NCBI GenBank assembly: GCA_028293805.1
Contig: JAQGOC010000273.1
Coordinates: forward strand, 1,093-65,092
Reading direction: 5' to 3'
Length of the DNA stretch: 64,000 nt
Origin: Gammaproteobacteria bacterium
GTDB lineage: Bacteria > Pseudomonadota > Gammaproteobacteria > Steroidobacterales > Steroidobacteraceae
Below the pieces are notes generated by a model. The model saw only the letters and a program-made list of their open reading frames with translations. It was not told the DNA's origin and did no database searches. Positions 37,092 through 47,650 of the stretch are shown one piece after another; the first letter of the stretch is position 1, and each line of letters begins with the position of its first letter. A program made the position numbers and the translations under genes.

Positions 37092-40000
37092 GCCGGATGA
37101 TCCGCCAGGTCCGGGCGGCCACGCGCTTCCGCCTGATCGCCACCGATGGTGCGCTTCGCCAGACGGTCGAACGCCAGATAGATCACGGGCGTGGTGAATA
37201 GCGTCAGGACCTGGCTGACGAGCAGGCCGCCGACGATGCTGACACCGAGCGGATGGCGTAGCTCCGAGCCGGTGCCGGTGCCGAACATCAGAGGTAACGC
37301 TCCGAAGATGGCCGCTACCGTCGTCATGAGAATGGGTCGGAATCGCAGCAGGCACGCCTGGTAGATCGCCTCGCGCGGCGGCAACCCCTGCGTGCGCTCC
37401 GCATCGATGGCGAAGTCGATCATGAGGATCGCATTCTTCTTCACGATGCCGATGAGCAGGATGATGCCGATGAGCGCGATGATAGTGAGATCATCCCCCG
37501 CCAGCATGAGCGCGAGCAGCGCTCCGATGCCGGCCGAAGGCAGCGTCGACAGAATGGTCACGGGATGGATGAAACTTTCGTACAGCACGCCTAGCACGAT
37601 GTACATGACAAGCACGGCAGCCCCGAGCAGCAGTAGCTCGTTCGAAAGATTGCTGCGAAACGCGAGGGCCGCGCCTTGGAACGTGGTGCGGATGCTGTCA
37701 GGTACTCCGATACGGCGCTCCACCGACTCGATCGCGGTCACCGCCGCGCCCAGTGAGGCACCCTGCGCCAGATTGAACGAGACGGTAGTGGCCGGGAACT
37801 GCGCGAGATGATTGATGAGCAGCGGTCGTTGCTCGACAGCAACCTTGGCGATAGCCGACAGCGGTACCTGCCCACCCGCTGCCGACGGCACGTATATCGA
37901 AGCTACCGAATCCACGGACATGTACTCCGTCGGGTCGGCTTCCAGAATGACGCGATACTGATTCGACTGCGTGAAGATCGTGGAGACGATCCGCTGGCCG
38001 AACGCGTCGTAGAGGGCGTTGTCCACTGTGCCCACGCTTATGCCGAGACGCGCTGCACTGTCGCGATCGATCGTGATAAAGGCGGCTAGCCCATTGTCCT
38101 CCTGGTTACTTACCACGTCCGCAAGGTCCGGCTGCTGACGAAGGGCCGCGACGAGTTTCGGCGTCCAGGTCGACAGCGCGACCGAGTCCGCGCTCTCCAT
38201 CGTAAATTGGTATTGCGTGCGGCTGACGGTGTTATCGAGAGTGAGATCCTGAACCGGCTGCATATATAAAATGATGCCAGCCACATCGGCCGTTTCCGCC
38301 CGCAGCCGGCGAATGATTTCGGTGGCGGTTGCGGTCCGCACGTCACGCGGCTTCAAATTGATCAGAAACCGGCCGCTGTTCAGGGTGACGTTGTTGCCAT
38401 CCACACCGATAAACGAAGAGAGGCTCTCCACATCCGGATCGGTGAGAATTGCGGCCGCCAGCGCCTGCTGGCGCTCCGCCATCGACGCATAGGAAACCGA
38501 CTGGGTGGCTTCCGACACACCCTGTATGAGGCCCGTATCCTGATCGGGGAAGAAGCCCTTCGGAATCAGCCAATACAGCAATCCCGTGACCACCAGCGTC
38601 CCGACCGCCACATAGAGCGTCAGCCGCTGGTGATCGAGCACCCAGGTCAGCCGGCGGGCATACCATTCGACGAGCTTGTCGAACCATCCGCCCTTCCTCG
38701 GCTCGTGCGACTCTTGTGCCGGGGTGTGCTTCAGCAGCTTCGCGCACAACATGGGCACCAGCGTCAGCGACACGACCGCCGAGATCAGAATCGTGACCGC
38801 CAGCGTCACCGCGAATTCCCGGAACAGCCGCCCGACGACGTCCTGCATGAACAACAGCGGAATCAGCACGGCAATCAGCGACACCGTCAATGAAATGATC
38901 GTGAAACCGATCTGCCCCGCGCCCTTCAGCGCCGCATCCAGCGGACGCTCGCCGGCCTCGATGTAACGCGTGATGTTCTCGATCATCACGATGGCATCGT
39001 CGACCACGAAACCCGTGGCGATGGTCAAGGCCATCAGCGAGAGATTGTTGAGGCTGAAGTTCGCCAGATACATCACTCCGAACGTACCGACGAGCGACAG
39101 CGGCACGGACAGACTCGGAATGATCGTGGCCGGCACGTTCCGCAAAAACAGAAAGATCACGAGCACGACCAACGCGACCGCCAGCGTCAGCTCCAATTCG
39201 ACGTCCCGGATGGACGCCCTGATCGTCGTGGTGCGGTCGGTCAGAATGGAGACATCGACACCGGCAGGCAGCGAAGCTCGCAGTTCCGGCAGGAGGGCCT
39301 GGATCCTGTTGACGACATCCACCACGTTCGCGCCCGGCTGGCGCTGAACGTTGACGATGAGGGCGGGCGTGCGATTCATCCAGCCGCCGAGCTTGGTGTT
39401 TTCGGCGCTTTCCACGAGACTGGCTACATCCCGCAGCCGGACGGGCGAGCTGTTGCGGTAAGCGACGACGATGTTCGAGTACTCATCGGCGCTCTTGAGC
39501 TGGTCGTTTGTATTGATCGTGTAGGCGCGCGAAGGGCCGTCCAGAGTGCCCTTGGGGCCATTCTGATTGGCCACGCTGATGGTGGTGCGCAGATCGTCGA
39601 TGTTCAGTCCGTAGGCGGCCAGGGCGCGGGGATTGACTATCACGCGGACCGCGGGCCGTTGTCCGCCGGTAACGCTCACCACACCGACGCCCTTGATCTG
39701 CGAGATCTTCTGCGCGATGCGGGTATCGGCCAGGTCCTCCACCGCGGTCAACTGCATGACTTTGGACGTGACGCCCAGAGTCAGCACCGGTGCGTCGGCG
39801 GGATTGACCTTCGCGTATATCGGCGGTGCCGGGAGGTCCTGCGGAACCAGGTTCTGCGCCCCGCTGATCGCCGCCTGCACTTCCTGTTCGGCGACGTCGA
39901 TGGCGAGCGACAGATTGAACTGCAGCGTGATGACGGATGCGCCGGCGGAGCTCGTCGACGACATCTGGTTCAGGCCCGGCATCTGGCCGAACTGCTTTTC

Positions 40001-40201
40001 CAAAGGCGCGGTGATCGCGGAGGTAATGACCTCCGGACTCGCTCCCGGATAGAACGTCTGCACCTGGATCGTGGGGTACGCGACTTCGGGCAGGGCCGAC
40101 AACGGCAACTGCAGAAACGCGATGAGCCCGACGACCAGAATTGCGATCATCAGCAACGTCGTCGCCACCGGGCGCAGGATGAAGAGGCGTGACGGATTCA
40201 T
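37088..40201 (-). CDS. mdtB: RND multidrug efflux permease, MdtB-like
   Basis: [29 protein letters not shown]..., 1037 aa with 12 TM segments in the RND pattern. First of two tandem RND permeases, as in mdtABC. Confidence 0.85.
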   Translation of the reverse strand: MNPSRLFILRPVATTLLMIAILVVGLIAFLQLPLSALPEVAYPTIQVQTFYPGASPEVITSAITAPLEKQFGQMPGLNQMSSTSSAGASVITLQFNLSLAIDVAEQEVQAAISGAQNLVPQDLPAPPIYAKVNPADAPVLTLGVTSKVMQLTAVEDLADTRIAQKISQIKGVGVVSVTGGQRPAVRVIVNPRALAAYGLNIDDLRTTISVANQNGPKGTLDGPSRAYTINTNDQLKSADEYSNIVVAYRNSSPVRLRDVASLVESAENTKLGGWMNRTPALIVNVQRQPGANVVDVVNRIQALLPELRASLPAGVDVSILTDRTTTIRASIRDVELELTLAVALVVLVIFLFLRNVPATIIPSLSVPLSLVGTFGVMYLANFSLNNLSLMALTIATGFVVDDAIVMIENITRYIEAGERPLDAALKGAGQIGFTIISLTVSLIAVLIPLLFMQDVVGRLFREFAVTLAVTILISAVVSLTLVPMLCAKLLKHTPAQESHEPRKGGWFDKLVEWYARRLTWVLDHQRLTLYVAVGTLVVTGLLYWLIPKGFFPDQDTGLIQGVSEATQSVSYASMAERQQALAAAILTDPDVESLSSFIGVDGNNVTLNSGRFLINLKPRDVRTATATEIIRRLRAETADVAGIILYMQPVQDLTLDNTVSRTQYQFTMESADSVALSTWTPKLVAALRQQPDLADVVSNQEDNGLAAFITIDRDSAARLGISVGTVDNALYDAFGQRIVSTIFTQSNQYRVILEADPTEYMSVDSVASIYVPSAAGGQVPLSAIAKVAVEQRPLLINHLAQFPATTVSFNLAQGASLGAAVTAIESVERRIGVPDSIRTTFQGAALAFRSNLSNELLLLGAAVLVMYIVLGVLYESFIHPVTILSTLPSAGIGALLALMLAGDDLTIIALIGIILLIGIVKKNAILMIDFAIDAERTQGLPPREAIYQACLLRFRPILMTTVAAIFGALPLMFGTGTGSELRHPLGVSIVGGLLVSQVLTLFTTPVIYLAFDRLAKRTIGGDQAEARGRPDLADHPA

Positions 40202-40268
40202 GCGGGTTCATTCCGCCTGGCCGTGCGGCCAGAGGTGCGACGAGCCTCAGGCGTGCCAGGGCGGCGCG

Positions 40269-41624
40269 TCATTGGGCTTGGGGTTGAGGTTGGCCGGCGT
40301 GCTGTCGGTTACGGCGCGAACCATTGGCGGCGTGCGGATGGGCACCGGCGGGTGCCACGCGCGCCGGGGTAGGTCCGGGCAGAGTGACCGGGGCTCCATC
40401 ACGCAATCGGTCTCCGCCTTCCGTCACTACGACAGCTCCAGGCGTCAGTCCATTCGCCACTGCAACACGTTCGCCATCGACGACTCCCAGCGTCACGGGA
40501 CGCACCGAGACGGTGCTGTCCGCATTCACGAGGTAGACGAAGGTGGTGACGACACCATTGGGCGCGCCGCGATGCACCGCTGCATTGGGCATGACGACCT
40601 GGTTTTTCAGCTCATCCACCAGCAGCTGGATGTTGACGAATTGATTCGGAAACAGCAGGCCCTCCTTGTTGTCGAACTCCGCACGCAGCTTGACGGTGCC
40701 TGTCGTCGTGTCGATCTGGTTGTCGACCGTCAGAACCTTACCGTCCGCGACTTTGGTGCTGTTGGTGCGGTCGTAGGCTTCGGCTCCGAGCGTGGCGCCG
40801 GCATGCAGGCGCTGCATGACCTTCGTGACGTTGTCCTCGGGAATTGCAAAGAGCGCCGTGATCGGCTGCAACTGGGTGACGACGACGATCCCGTTCGTGT
40901 CCCCCGGGGTGACGTAGTTCCCCTGGTCCACCTGGCGCAGCCCGACGCGCCCCGTGACGGGCGAGACGATATGCGTGTACTGGAGATTCAGCTTCGCGGT
41001 GTTGATCTGCGCTTTGTCCGATTCGACGGTTCCCAGGTACTGGTCCACCAGGGCGCGCTGGGTATCGACCTGTTGTTGGGCGACCGAGTCTTGCGTGATC
41101 AGCTCTTCATAGCGCTTCAGATTCAATTGCGCGTCGACCAGGAGGGCCTGGTCGCGGCGCAGATTGCCTTCATCCTGGCTCAGGATGGCCTGGTAGGGCC
41201 GGGGGTCCACCTGCGCCAGGAAGTCACCGGCATGCACGAGCTGCCCTTCCTTGAAGGCGATCTGCTGCAGAATTCCGGAGATCTGCGTCTTGACGGTAAC
41301 GGTCGCGAGCGGGGTGATCGTCCCCAGCGCCGGGATACGGACCTCGATATCCCCCGACCTCACGGTCGCCACGGAGACCGCGACCGGCATGTTCTGTCCG
41401 CCACCAGCGCCGCGGCCACGCGCAAAGCCCGTCTTCGCCCCGGCCGCCGCCTGCTTGTGATGGACGAATCTCACCAGCAGGAAGATCAGACCCAGGATGA
41501 CGACGACGATAATGATGGCGCCCCGGTGGCGGCGCAGGAAACCCTGCGACGGGGGCGCAATCACTTCTTCTTGTTCAATCACATGTTCACCAGATTTCGC
41601 ACTCGCGAGCGGCGTGCTCAGCAA
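40269..41624 (-). CDS. mdtA: RND periplasmic adaptor (membrane fusion protein), MdtA-like
   Basis: N-terminal TM anchor, then lipoyl / beta-barrel MFP motifs (...GTITPLATVTVKTQISGIL...VHAGDFLAQVDPRPY...). The start may be internal. Confidence 0.8.
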   Translation of the reverse strand: MLSTPLASAKSGEHVIEQEEVIAPPSQGFLRRHRGAIIIVVVILGLIFLLVRFVHHKQAAAGAKTGFARGRGAGGGQNMPVAVSVATVRSGDIEVRIPALGTITPLATVTVKTQISGILQQIAFKEGQLVHAGDFLAQVDPRPYQAILSQDEGNLRRDQALLVDAQLNLKRYEELITQDSVAQQQVDTQRALVDQYLGTVESDKAQINTAKLNLQYTHIVSPVTGRVGLRQVDQGNYVTPGDTNGIVVVTQLQPITALFAIPEDNVTKVMQRLHAGATLGAEAYDRTNSTKVADGKVLTVDNQIDTTTGTVKLRAEFDNKEGLLFPNQFVNIQLLVDELKNQVVMPNAAVHRGAPNGVVTTFVYLVNADSTVSVRPVTLGVVDGERVAVANGLTPGAVVVTEGGDRLRDGAPVTLPGPTPARVAPAGAHPHAANGSRRNRQHAGQPQPQAQ

Positions 41625-41922
41625 AAATATCCCGGCGGGGGCGCTATTCCAATGGCCTCATGGCAATGACGCACGGCCACGACGGTTTATTGTGACATCG
41701 GCGCGACACTCTAACTCGTTATGTGGGTGGGAACAGCGAGCCCGCGCAGGAAAAGGCATGTGCCGTTGACTCACTTCGCGGGTGGAAGTTTCCGGCGCGC
41801 CGGAGCGTGGCTACGCTGCGTTTTAAGGCCCGCGAGTCTATTGACACCCAGGATCACTTCTGGACCAGGCTGCAGCGCATCGCTCGCGGACGTGAGCCCG
41901 AGCCGATGCAGCTGCAAGCCGC

Positions 41923-44514
41923 TCACGATTCCTTATGATTTCTTGGAAGTCTCCGGCCTTGAGCGCTCTCGCCCAGGAAGCGCGCCAGATAAGGGGCGGT
42001 ACGGCCAGCGGCCCGGGCCACGTCAGCGGGCCGACCCGCGGTCACGATGCGCCCGCCCTCCTCACCGGCCCCGGGCCCAATATCGATTACCCAGTCACTG
42101 CCGGCGACCACGCGCATGTCGTGCTCGACGACGATCACGGTATTACCGGATTCGACCAGGCCATCGAGCTGTGCGGTGAGCTTCTCCACGTCCGATGGAT
42201 GCAATCCAGTCGTCGGTTCATCGAGGATGTAGAGGGTATGGCCGCGCTGGGCCCGTTGCAGCTCGGTAGCCAGCTTGATGCGCTGGGCCTCGCCTCCTGA
42301 GAGCTCGGTCGCCGGCTGTCCGAGGCGCAGGTAGCCCAAGCCCACTTCGCGCAGGACATTCAAAGAGCGCTGGACGTGCGGCTCGTCGGCGAAAAATTCG
42401 CCGGCGGCATCTACGGTCATGCCCAGGACGTCGGCGATCGACTGACCGTGGTATTCGATCTCGAGCGTCTTGCCGTTGTATCGCGTCCCGTGACAGGTGG
42501 GACAGGGTGCGTAGACGCTGGGGAGGAACAGGAGCTCCACCATCACGAAGCCCTCGCCTTCGCAGGTCGGGCAACGGCCTTTCGCCACGTTGAACGAGAA
42601 ACGCCCCGCATCGTAACGGCGGGAGCGCGCCGCCGGAGTCTGTGCGAACAGCCTGCGGATGTGATCGAACAGGCCGGTGTAGGTGGCGAGGTTGGAGCGC
42701 GGCGTACGGCCGATCGGCTTTTGATCGACCCGCACCAGGCGCTCGATCCCATCCAGGGCCCCGACGATCTGTCCGCCCAAAGTGGCCACGGCGCTGTGTT
42801 CCAGTTCGTCCCCTTCGGTCTCTTCCGGCCCAAGCTCGTGGCCGAGCCGCTGTGCTACGAGCTCCACGAGCACCTGACTCACGAGAGTTGACTTGCCGGA
42901 GCCGGAAACACCGGTCACGGTCGTGAGCACTCCCTTCGGAAAGGCGGCATCGAGCTCATGCAGGTTGTTGCGTGTGACACCGGTGAGGCAGATCCAGCCC
43001 TGTGGCATGCGCGGCGCGCGCTCGGGAAGCGCGGGCCGACCGAACAGGTAACTTCGGGTCCGGGATTGCGCGACTTGCTCGAGCCCCTGGGGTGGACCGC
43101 TATAAAGCACGAAGCCGCCTTGCTCCCCCGCCGCGGGCCCGACATCCACGATCCAGTCGGCCCGCCGGATCACATCGAGATCATGCTCGACCACGAACAG
43201 TGAATTCCCTGAGCTCTTCAGTTGCTCCAGCGCCGTGAGCAGCGCTTCCGTATCCGCGGGATGCAGGCCGGCCGAGGGCTCATCGAGTACGTACACGACG
43301 CCGAACAGGTTGGAGCGCACCTGCGTCGCCAGGCGCAGCCGCTGCAGCTCGCCCGGTGAGAGTGTCGGTGTACTGCGTTCCAGCGACAGGTAACCCAGTC
43401 CGAGATCCAGCAGCGCTTCCAGTCGTGCGATGAGATCCTGAGTGACCCGTTGGGTGACCAGCGCTTTCTCGGGATGTTCGGCGGCTATTTTCGTAAGGCG
43501 GGCGGCAGTTGCGTCCGCATACGGTTGCAACAGACCCGTCAACGCCTGCAACGACAGCCGCGACAGATCCGCAATGTCCAGCCCTGCGAACTTCACCGAC
43601 AGCGACTGCGGGCGCAGGCGCTTACCATGGCACAGCGGGCATTCGGTGCCGAGCATGTACTGCAGGGCACGCTTCTTCATCAGGGGGCTTTGCGTGTTGG
43701 CAAAGGAATGCAACACGTGGCGCCGGGCGCTGCTGAACGTCCCCTGATAGCTGGGTTCCTCCTTGCGCTTGAGCGCGCGGCGCGTTTCCTGCGGCGTGTA
43801 GCCGGCATAAACCGGAACGACCGGCTGCTCCTCGGTAAAGAGAATCCAGTTCCGATCCTTTTTGGGGAGCTCCCGCCAGGGACGGTCGACGTCGTATCCC
43901 AGCGAGACCAGAATGTCCCGCTGATTCTGGCCGCCCCACGCTGTGGGCCAAGCCGCAATCGCGCGCTCTCGAATCGTGAGGGTGTCATCGGGCACCATCG
44001 ACTTCTCGGTGACCTCGTAGATGCGACCGAGTCCGTGACACTTGGGACAGGCGCCCTCGGGGGTGTTCGGCGAAAACGACTCGGCGTAGAGAAGCGGTTG
44101 GCCCCGCGGATAATCGCCGGCGCGGGAGTACAACATCCGCAGCAGGTTCGACAGTGTTGTAACGCTGCCTACGGACGAGCGTGTTGTTGGCGAACCACGC
44201 TGCTGCTGCAGGGCCACGGCCGGCGGGAGGCCGTCGATCTCGTCGACTTCGGGCACCGCCATTTGATGGAAGAGCCGTCGGGCGTAGGGGGACACCGATT
44301 CGAGGTAACGCCGCTGCGCCTCTGCATAGAGTGTGCCGAAGGCCAGGGACGATTTTCCCGATCCCGACACACCCGTGAAAACAACCAGGGAGTCGCGGGG
44401 AATGTCGACATCTATGTTCTTCAGGTTGTGTTCACGCGCGCCGCGAACGTGAACCATTCCACTCGAGTCTTTGGCTGCCGCTCTACGGGAATATCGATTG
44501 TCGCCAGGTACCAT
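41923..44514 (-). CDS. UvrA paralogue, class II (lacks UvrB-binding domain)
   Basis: [37 protein letters not shown]...; two ABC modules (LSGGE.QR, YILDEPT.GLH). Only about 12 aa separate RMLYSRAG from [17 protein letters not shown], where E. coli UvrA carries about 150 aa. The likely real start is MVHVRGA at 44457. Confidence 0.85.
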   Translation of the reverse strand: MVPGDNRYSRRAAAKDSSGMVHVRGAREHNLKNIDVDIPRDSLVVFTGVSGSGKSSLAFGTLYAEAQRRYLESVSPYARRLFHQMAVPEVDEIDGLPPAVALQQQRGSPTTRSSVGSVTTLSNLLRMLYSRAGDYPRGQPLLYAESFSPNTPEGACPKCHGLGRIYEVTEKSMVPDDTLTIRERAIAAWPTAWGGQNQRDILVSLGYDVDRPWRELPKKDRNWILFTEEQPVVPVYAGYTPQETRRALKRKEEPSYQGTFSSARRHVLHSFANTQSPLMKKRALQYMLGTECPLCHGKRLRPQSLSVKFAGLDIADLSRLSLQALTGLLQPYADATAARLTKIAAEHPEKALVTQRVTQDLIARLEALLDLGLGYLSLERSTPTLSPGELQRLRLATQVRSNLFGVVYVLDEPSAGLHPADTEALLTALEQLKSSGNSLFVVEHDLDVIRRADWIVDVGPAAGEQGGFVLYSGPPQGLEQVAQSRTRSYLFGRPALPERAPRMPQGWICLTGVTRNNLHELDAAFPKGVLTTVTGVSGSGKSTLVSQVLVELVAQRLGHELGPEETEGDELEHSAVATLGGQIVGALDGIERLVRVDQKPIGRTPRSNLATYTGLFDHIRRLFAQTPAARSRRYDAGRFSFNVAKGRCPTCEGEGFVMVELLFLPSVYAPCPTCHGTRYNGKTLEIEYHGQSIADVLGMTVDAAGEFFADEPHVQRSLNVLREVGLGYLRLGQPATELSGGEAQRIKLATELQRAQRGHTLYILDEPTTGLHPSDVEKLTAQLDGLVESGNTVIVVEHDMRVVAGSDWVIDIGPGAGEEGGRIVTAGRPADVARAAGRTAPYLARFLGESAQGRRLPRNHKES

Positions 44515-44684
44515 GCCGCGCTTTCAGGCCAGGAAGTCCGGGAATCCGGGGGAATCACCGGTCTATTGTTACATCCCGGTGAAATAAGTCCAAAACGTGC
44601 GTTGTTTCACCGAGCCGTCACGCCGGATAGGTAAACTGCGCCCGCCTGACAGACTTCAGGAATTGAGGAATTCAAGGAACTATC

Positions 44685-44783
44685 GTGGTTGATCTAATTG
44701 CCATACAAATCGTTGCCAGCGTGGTGCTGCTGCTGGGACATTTCTTCGTCGTCGTCTATAACCGGACACTGCAGCCCAGGTAA
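44685..44783 (+). CDS. candidate 32-codon hydrophobic micro-ORF
   Basis: GTG preceded by AAGGA at 6-nt spacing. Hand translation gives VVDLIAIQIVASVVLLLGHFFVVVYNRTLQPR, one TM-like helix. A hairpin follows at 44809-44830. No homology evidence. Confidence 0.3.
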   Translation: MVDLIAIQIVASVVLLLGHFFVVVYNRTLQPR

Positions 44784-44808
44784 CTCCTCCGCTGCGGATA
44801 CCGGATCA

Positions 44809-44830
44809 AAGGCCGCCTGCGGGCGGCCTT
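44809..44830. terminator. GC-rich hairpin between convergent ORFs
   Basis: AAGGCCGCC TGCG GGCGGCCTT has a 9-bp perfect stem. It lies between the micro-ORF (+) and the lipoprotein gene (-). Flanking U-tracts are weak. Confidence 0.45.
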
Positions 44831-44871
44831 AACGTCTGCGCCGGGGCTGCGCCACGGCTGGCTGGCGGTCG

Positions 44872-45324
44872 TTAGTGGCCCCTGTCACCCCGCTCACCCC
44901 GCTCACCGCCCCGAGACTGGCTGCCACGCGGCTGTGACGGAATCGACGGCATGGGCCGGCCCGATGGCGCCGGATGGTAGGCCCGTGGGTTGGAGAGGCG
45001 CGGGCTTGGCCGGCCCTGCGGCTGTCCGCGCTCCCGGTCATGGTCTCGATCGCGACCGTGGTCATGTTCGGCTTCGCGATCGCGGTAACCATAGCTTCGC
45101 AGAGGCGGCCCGACCGCATAGCCCCGTCCCCATCCACGGTAGTCATATCCGTACGGCTCATAATAGTCGACGCCATACCCGAGTTCGGCTCCGCCTTCGT
45201 ATCCGGAGCCGACTTCATAGCCGGCTGTCACGCAACCGCCCAGGGAGCCCAGCAACGCACCCAAGGCTGCGAGTGCACCGATGACCGCCGTTCGGGTCGG
45301 CGCAATGTTGACCCGGGTTTTCAT
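44872..45324 (-). CDS. Gly/Tyr-rich lipoprotein with Arg/Asp/His-rich tail
   Basis: Internal ATG of ORF 44872..45357 overlaps the upstream stop (ATGA). Lipobox LGSLGGC. Then GYEVGSGYEGGAELGYGVDYYEPYGYDYRGWGRGY and RDREAEHDHGRDRDHDRERG. Confidence 0.6.
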   Translation of the reverse strand: MKTRVNIAPTRTAVIGALAALGALLGSLGGCVTAGYEVGSGYEGGAELGYGVDYYEPYGYDYRGWGRGYAVGPPLRSYGYRDREAEHDHGRDRDHDRERGQPQGRPSPRLSNPRAYHPAPSGRPMPSIPSQPRGSQSRGGERGERGDRGH

Positions 45325-46313
45325 TTCGCCACCTCCTTGCTGTCCTTGACGGTCCATTCGAGCAGACCGAAGGGAGCGCCCGCGGGATCGGCAACCACAG
45401 CGACGAGGCCGCCGTGTCGATCAGGATGAGGCTCAACCAGCACTCGACCTCCCAGTGCCTGCGCCTTCGCGACCGCATCAGGCGTGCTGACGACGCGCAC
45501 GAAATTCAGCCAATGCGGGTGTGCCGGGGTCGTTCCCGCGGGCAGCGCATTCGAGCTGGCGCGCGCGTAGTCATTGGTTGCGAGGAGAACGTGCTCCTGG
45601 CCGTCGTCGCTCGAGAAATCGAACGCCTCGTAGCCGAACACGGTCTGGTAGAAAGCCGCGCCCTTGCCGGGATCATGTGTCACCAGAGAGCTCCAGATCC
45701 ACTCGCCCGGGTCTGCCAGCTCATCCGCCGGATCGCCGCTGGTCGATTGCAGCACTGCGAAGACCGCGCCCTGCGGATCGGCAAACACAGCCTGCCGGCC
45801 GCGCTGCGGGTAGCTGCGAGGTTTCGAGAGGACCTTGCCACCATGGGCAACCGTGGCGCGTTCCGCCGCGGCCACATCGCGAACCGATATGAACGTCAGC
45901 CAAGCCGGCTGCCGTTGCTCCCCCGCGCGGACCGGCCGCTCCAGAAGCCCTCCCATGGGCTCGCCATCATGAAGGGCTACTGAATAATCACTGTCACCGG
46001 TGTGAATGTCGGTGAAGGTCCAGCCGAACAGCTCGCCGTAAAAACGCTTGGCGCCGGCGAGGTCGGAGGTCACCAGGTCGGTCCAGACGACCTTGCCCGG
46101 ATGGTGCTCGCCAGACGCGGGCTGCACCAAAGGCGGCAGCTCAAAATGGATGGCGTTGGTTTGCGCGGCGTCGGCCGCGATGGTCGTCCCTGTGATCATC
46201 CCCGTGATCGCCGCAATCGCGCAAAACGGAGCCAGTCCCCATTTCGGCCGCCGTCTGGCACCCAGGTGTCGGCTCATCATCGCTGTCTCTCCTGTTCGCG
46301 CTGCTTCGAACAA
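45321..46313 (-). CDS. secreted VOC (glyoxalase/bleomycin-resistance fold) family protein, duplicated modules
   Basis: Signal-like N-terminus. Repeated blocks GKVVWTDLVTSDLAGAKRFYGELFGWTF and GEWIWSSLVTHDPGKGAAFYQTVFGYEA, each followed by a GG-V...P module. The start is probably MMSRH at 46280. Confidence 0.7.
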   Translation of the reverse strand: MFEAARTGETAMMSRHLGARRRPKWGLAPFCAIAAITGMITGTTIAADAAQTNAIHFELPPLVQPASGEHHPGKVVWTDLVTSDLAGAKRFYGELFGWTFTDIHTGDSDYSVALHDGEPMGGLLERPVRAGEQRQPAWLTFISVRDVAAAERATVAHGGKVLSKPRSYPQRGRQAVFADPQGAVFAVLQSTSGDPADELADPGEWIWSSLVTHDPGKGAAFYQTVFGYEAFDFSSDDGQEHVLLATNDYARASSNALPAGTTPAHPHWLNFVRVVSTPDAVAKAQALGGRVLVEPHPDRHGGLVAVVADPAGAPFGLLEWTVKDSKEVAK

Positions 46314-46335
46314 CGAAGCTCGAGCCCCGCAGTTC

Positions 46336-46395
46336 CGGGCGCCGGGCTACCGGGCGCCGGGTTACCGGGCGCCGGGTACCGGGGGGCCGGCGTAC
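46336..46395. repeat. tandem repeat, four units of about 15 bp
   Basis: CGGGCGCCGGGCTAC (46336-50), CGGGCGCCGGGTTAC (46351-65), CGGGCGCCGGGTAC (46366-79) and the degenerate CGGGGGGCCGGCGTAC (46380-95). Confidence 0.85.
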
Positions 46396-46587
46396 TGGAG
46401 TCGGTGTACCGGCGGGCGGCCTGCCCGCGGCGTCCGTAGCGCTTGCAAAAAGGGTTGGTAAGCTCTACCTGTCGAGAATGAAAACCAGCACTATCGCAAG
46501 CTCGTCGGCGAGTTGGTGCGCGGATGAAAATCCGGGCCACGCAGCACTGGCGTCGTCTTGCATCAATGAATATAGGGGAATTGATTC

Positions 46588-47595
46588 ATGCGAATTCGCG
46601 CGGCGGTGGTTAACGGAGCCTGGGTTCTGCTGACTCTCCCGCTGGTCCACGGTACTGCCCACGCGGCATCGACTTCGTGTGAGCGTGCCTGCCTCGAAGG
46701 GTTCGTCGATCAATATCTCGACGCCCTGCTCGCCCATGACCCCAAACGGGCTGCCTTGGCGCCGAGCGCCCCGTTCACCGAGAACGGCCAGAAACTCGAG
46801 CTCGGAGATGGCCTGTGGCGAACCATCACCGCCAGGGGCACCTATCGCATGTTCGTCGCCGATGTCGAGGCCGGTCATGTCAGTTTTCTCGGCTCGATCA
46901 GGGAAGCAGACACGCCAGCCATGCTGGCTCTGCATCTGAGAATCCGCAAAGGGCAGATCTCCGCTGTGGAATCCTTCGTGCAACGCAGTGAGAAGTCCGC
47001 GCTGGGGTTCGAGGAGATCGGCTACACCTGGCGGGACACTCTGCCCGCGCGCGATCAGATGTCGCGGGCGGAGCTGTTGAACACCGCGAACCGGTATTTC
47101 AGCGGGATGGAGAAGAATGACGGCAAGGGCGATTATCCGTTCGATGACAACTGCAACCGCATCGAGAACGGCACGTTCACCACCAACGCCCCTACCCCGC
47201 CGGGCCAGACGCGACCGGACCCCAAGACCGCCGACACCTACTCCAGTCAATGGAGTTGCCGGGAGCAGTTCGAATCCGGCCTGCTCCATTTCGTGTCGCG
47301 CATTCGTGACCGTCGCTTCGTCGCGGTGGATCCGGAGCGCGGGCTGGTCTTCAGCTACATTTTTTTCGATCACATGGCGGGGGACACCCGCACCTTCCAG
47401 ACTCCCGACGGCCGCACCGTCACGGCCGGACCGAAGCAGCCCTGGACCTGGGAGCTGGCGGAGGCCTTCCGAATCGAGCACGGCAAGGTCCAGCAGATCG
47501 CGGCCATCATGGAACGGGTTCCCTACGGGATGAACTCCGGCTGGAGCACCTGGGAGGAAGGCATGTCCAGCAAGGGCCGCGACGTCACCAATTAG
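46588..47595 (+). CDS. hypothetical secreted protein
   Basis: 335 aa. Signal peptide AWVLLTLPLVHGTAHA, good third-position GC, four Cys. No family recognised with certainty. Confidence 0.6.
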   Translation: MRIRAAVVNGAWVLLTLPLVHGTAHAASTSCERACLEGFVDQYLDALLAHDPKRAALAPSAPFTENGQKLELGDGLWRTITARGTYRMFVADVEAGHVSFLGSIREADTPAMLALHLRIRKGQISAVESFVQRSEKSALGFEEIGYTWRDTLPARDQMSRAELLNTANRYFSGMEKNDGKGDYPFDDNCNRIENGTFTTNAPTPPGQTRPDPKTADTYSSQWSCREQFESGLLHFVSRIRDRRFVAVDPERGLVFSYIFFDHMAGDTRTFQTPDGRTVTAGPKQPWTWELAEAFRIEHGKVQQIAAIMERVPYGMNSGWSTWEEGMSSKGRDVTN

Positions 47596-47650
47596 ACAGT
47601 GTGTACCGCACTATGATGCGCGGCATCGAAGGACACCGAGCGTGTGGTCC

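Noticed and set aside
37092-37355. N-terminal extension of the 1201-aa ORF 33750..37355
   Set aside because: The extension overlaps the 3' end of mdtB in another frame. The canonical RND N-terminus ([11 protein letters not shown]) starts at the GTG overlapping the mdtB stop.
40071-41669. 532-aa plus-strand ORF
   Set aside because: It runs antisense to mdtA and the mdtB start, and is a shadow ORF.
43450-44634. 394-aa plus-strand ORF
   Set aside because: It runs antisense to the UvrA paralogue and is a shadow ORF.
44636-44652. CTG-N11-CAG upstream of the UvrA paralogue as a possible SOS (LexA) box
   Set aside because: The spacing is 11 rather than the 10 of the CTG-N10-CAG consensus, and the interior is GC-rich rather than AT-rich.
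46002-46461. ORFs reading through the tandem repeat (PGAGLPGAGLPGAG / APGYRAPGYRAPG peptides)
   Set aside because: The frames are open only because of the GC-rich repeat. They have no start context or flanking protein-like sequence, and they overlap the VOC gene.
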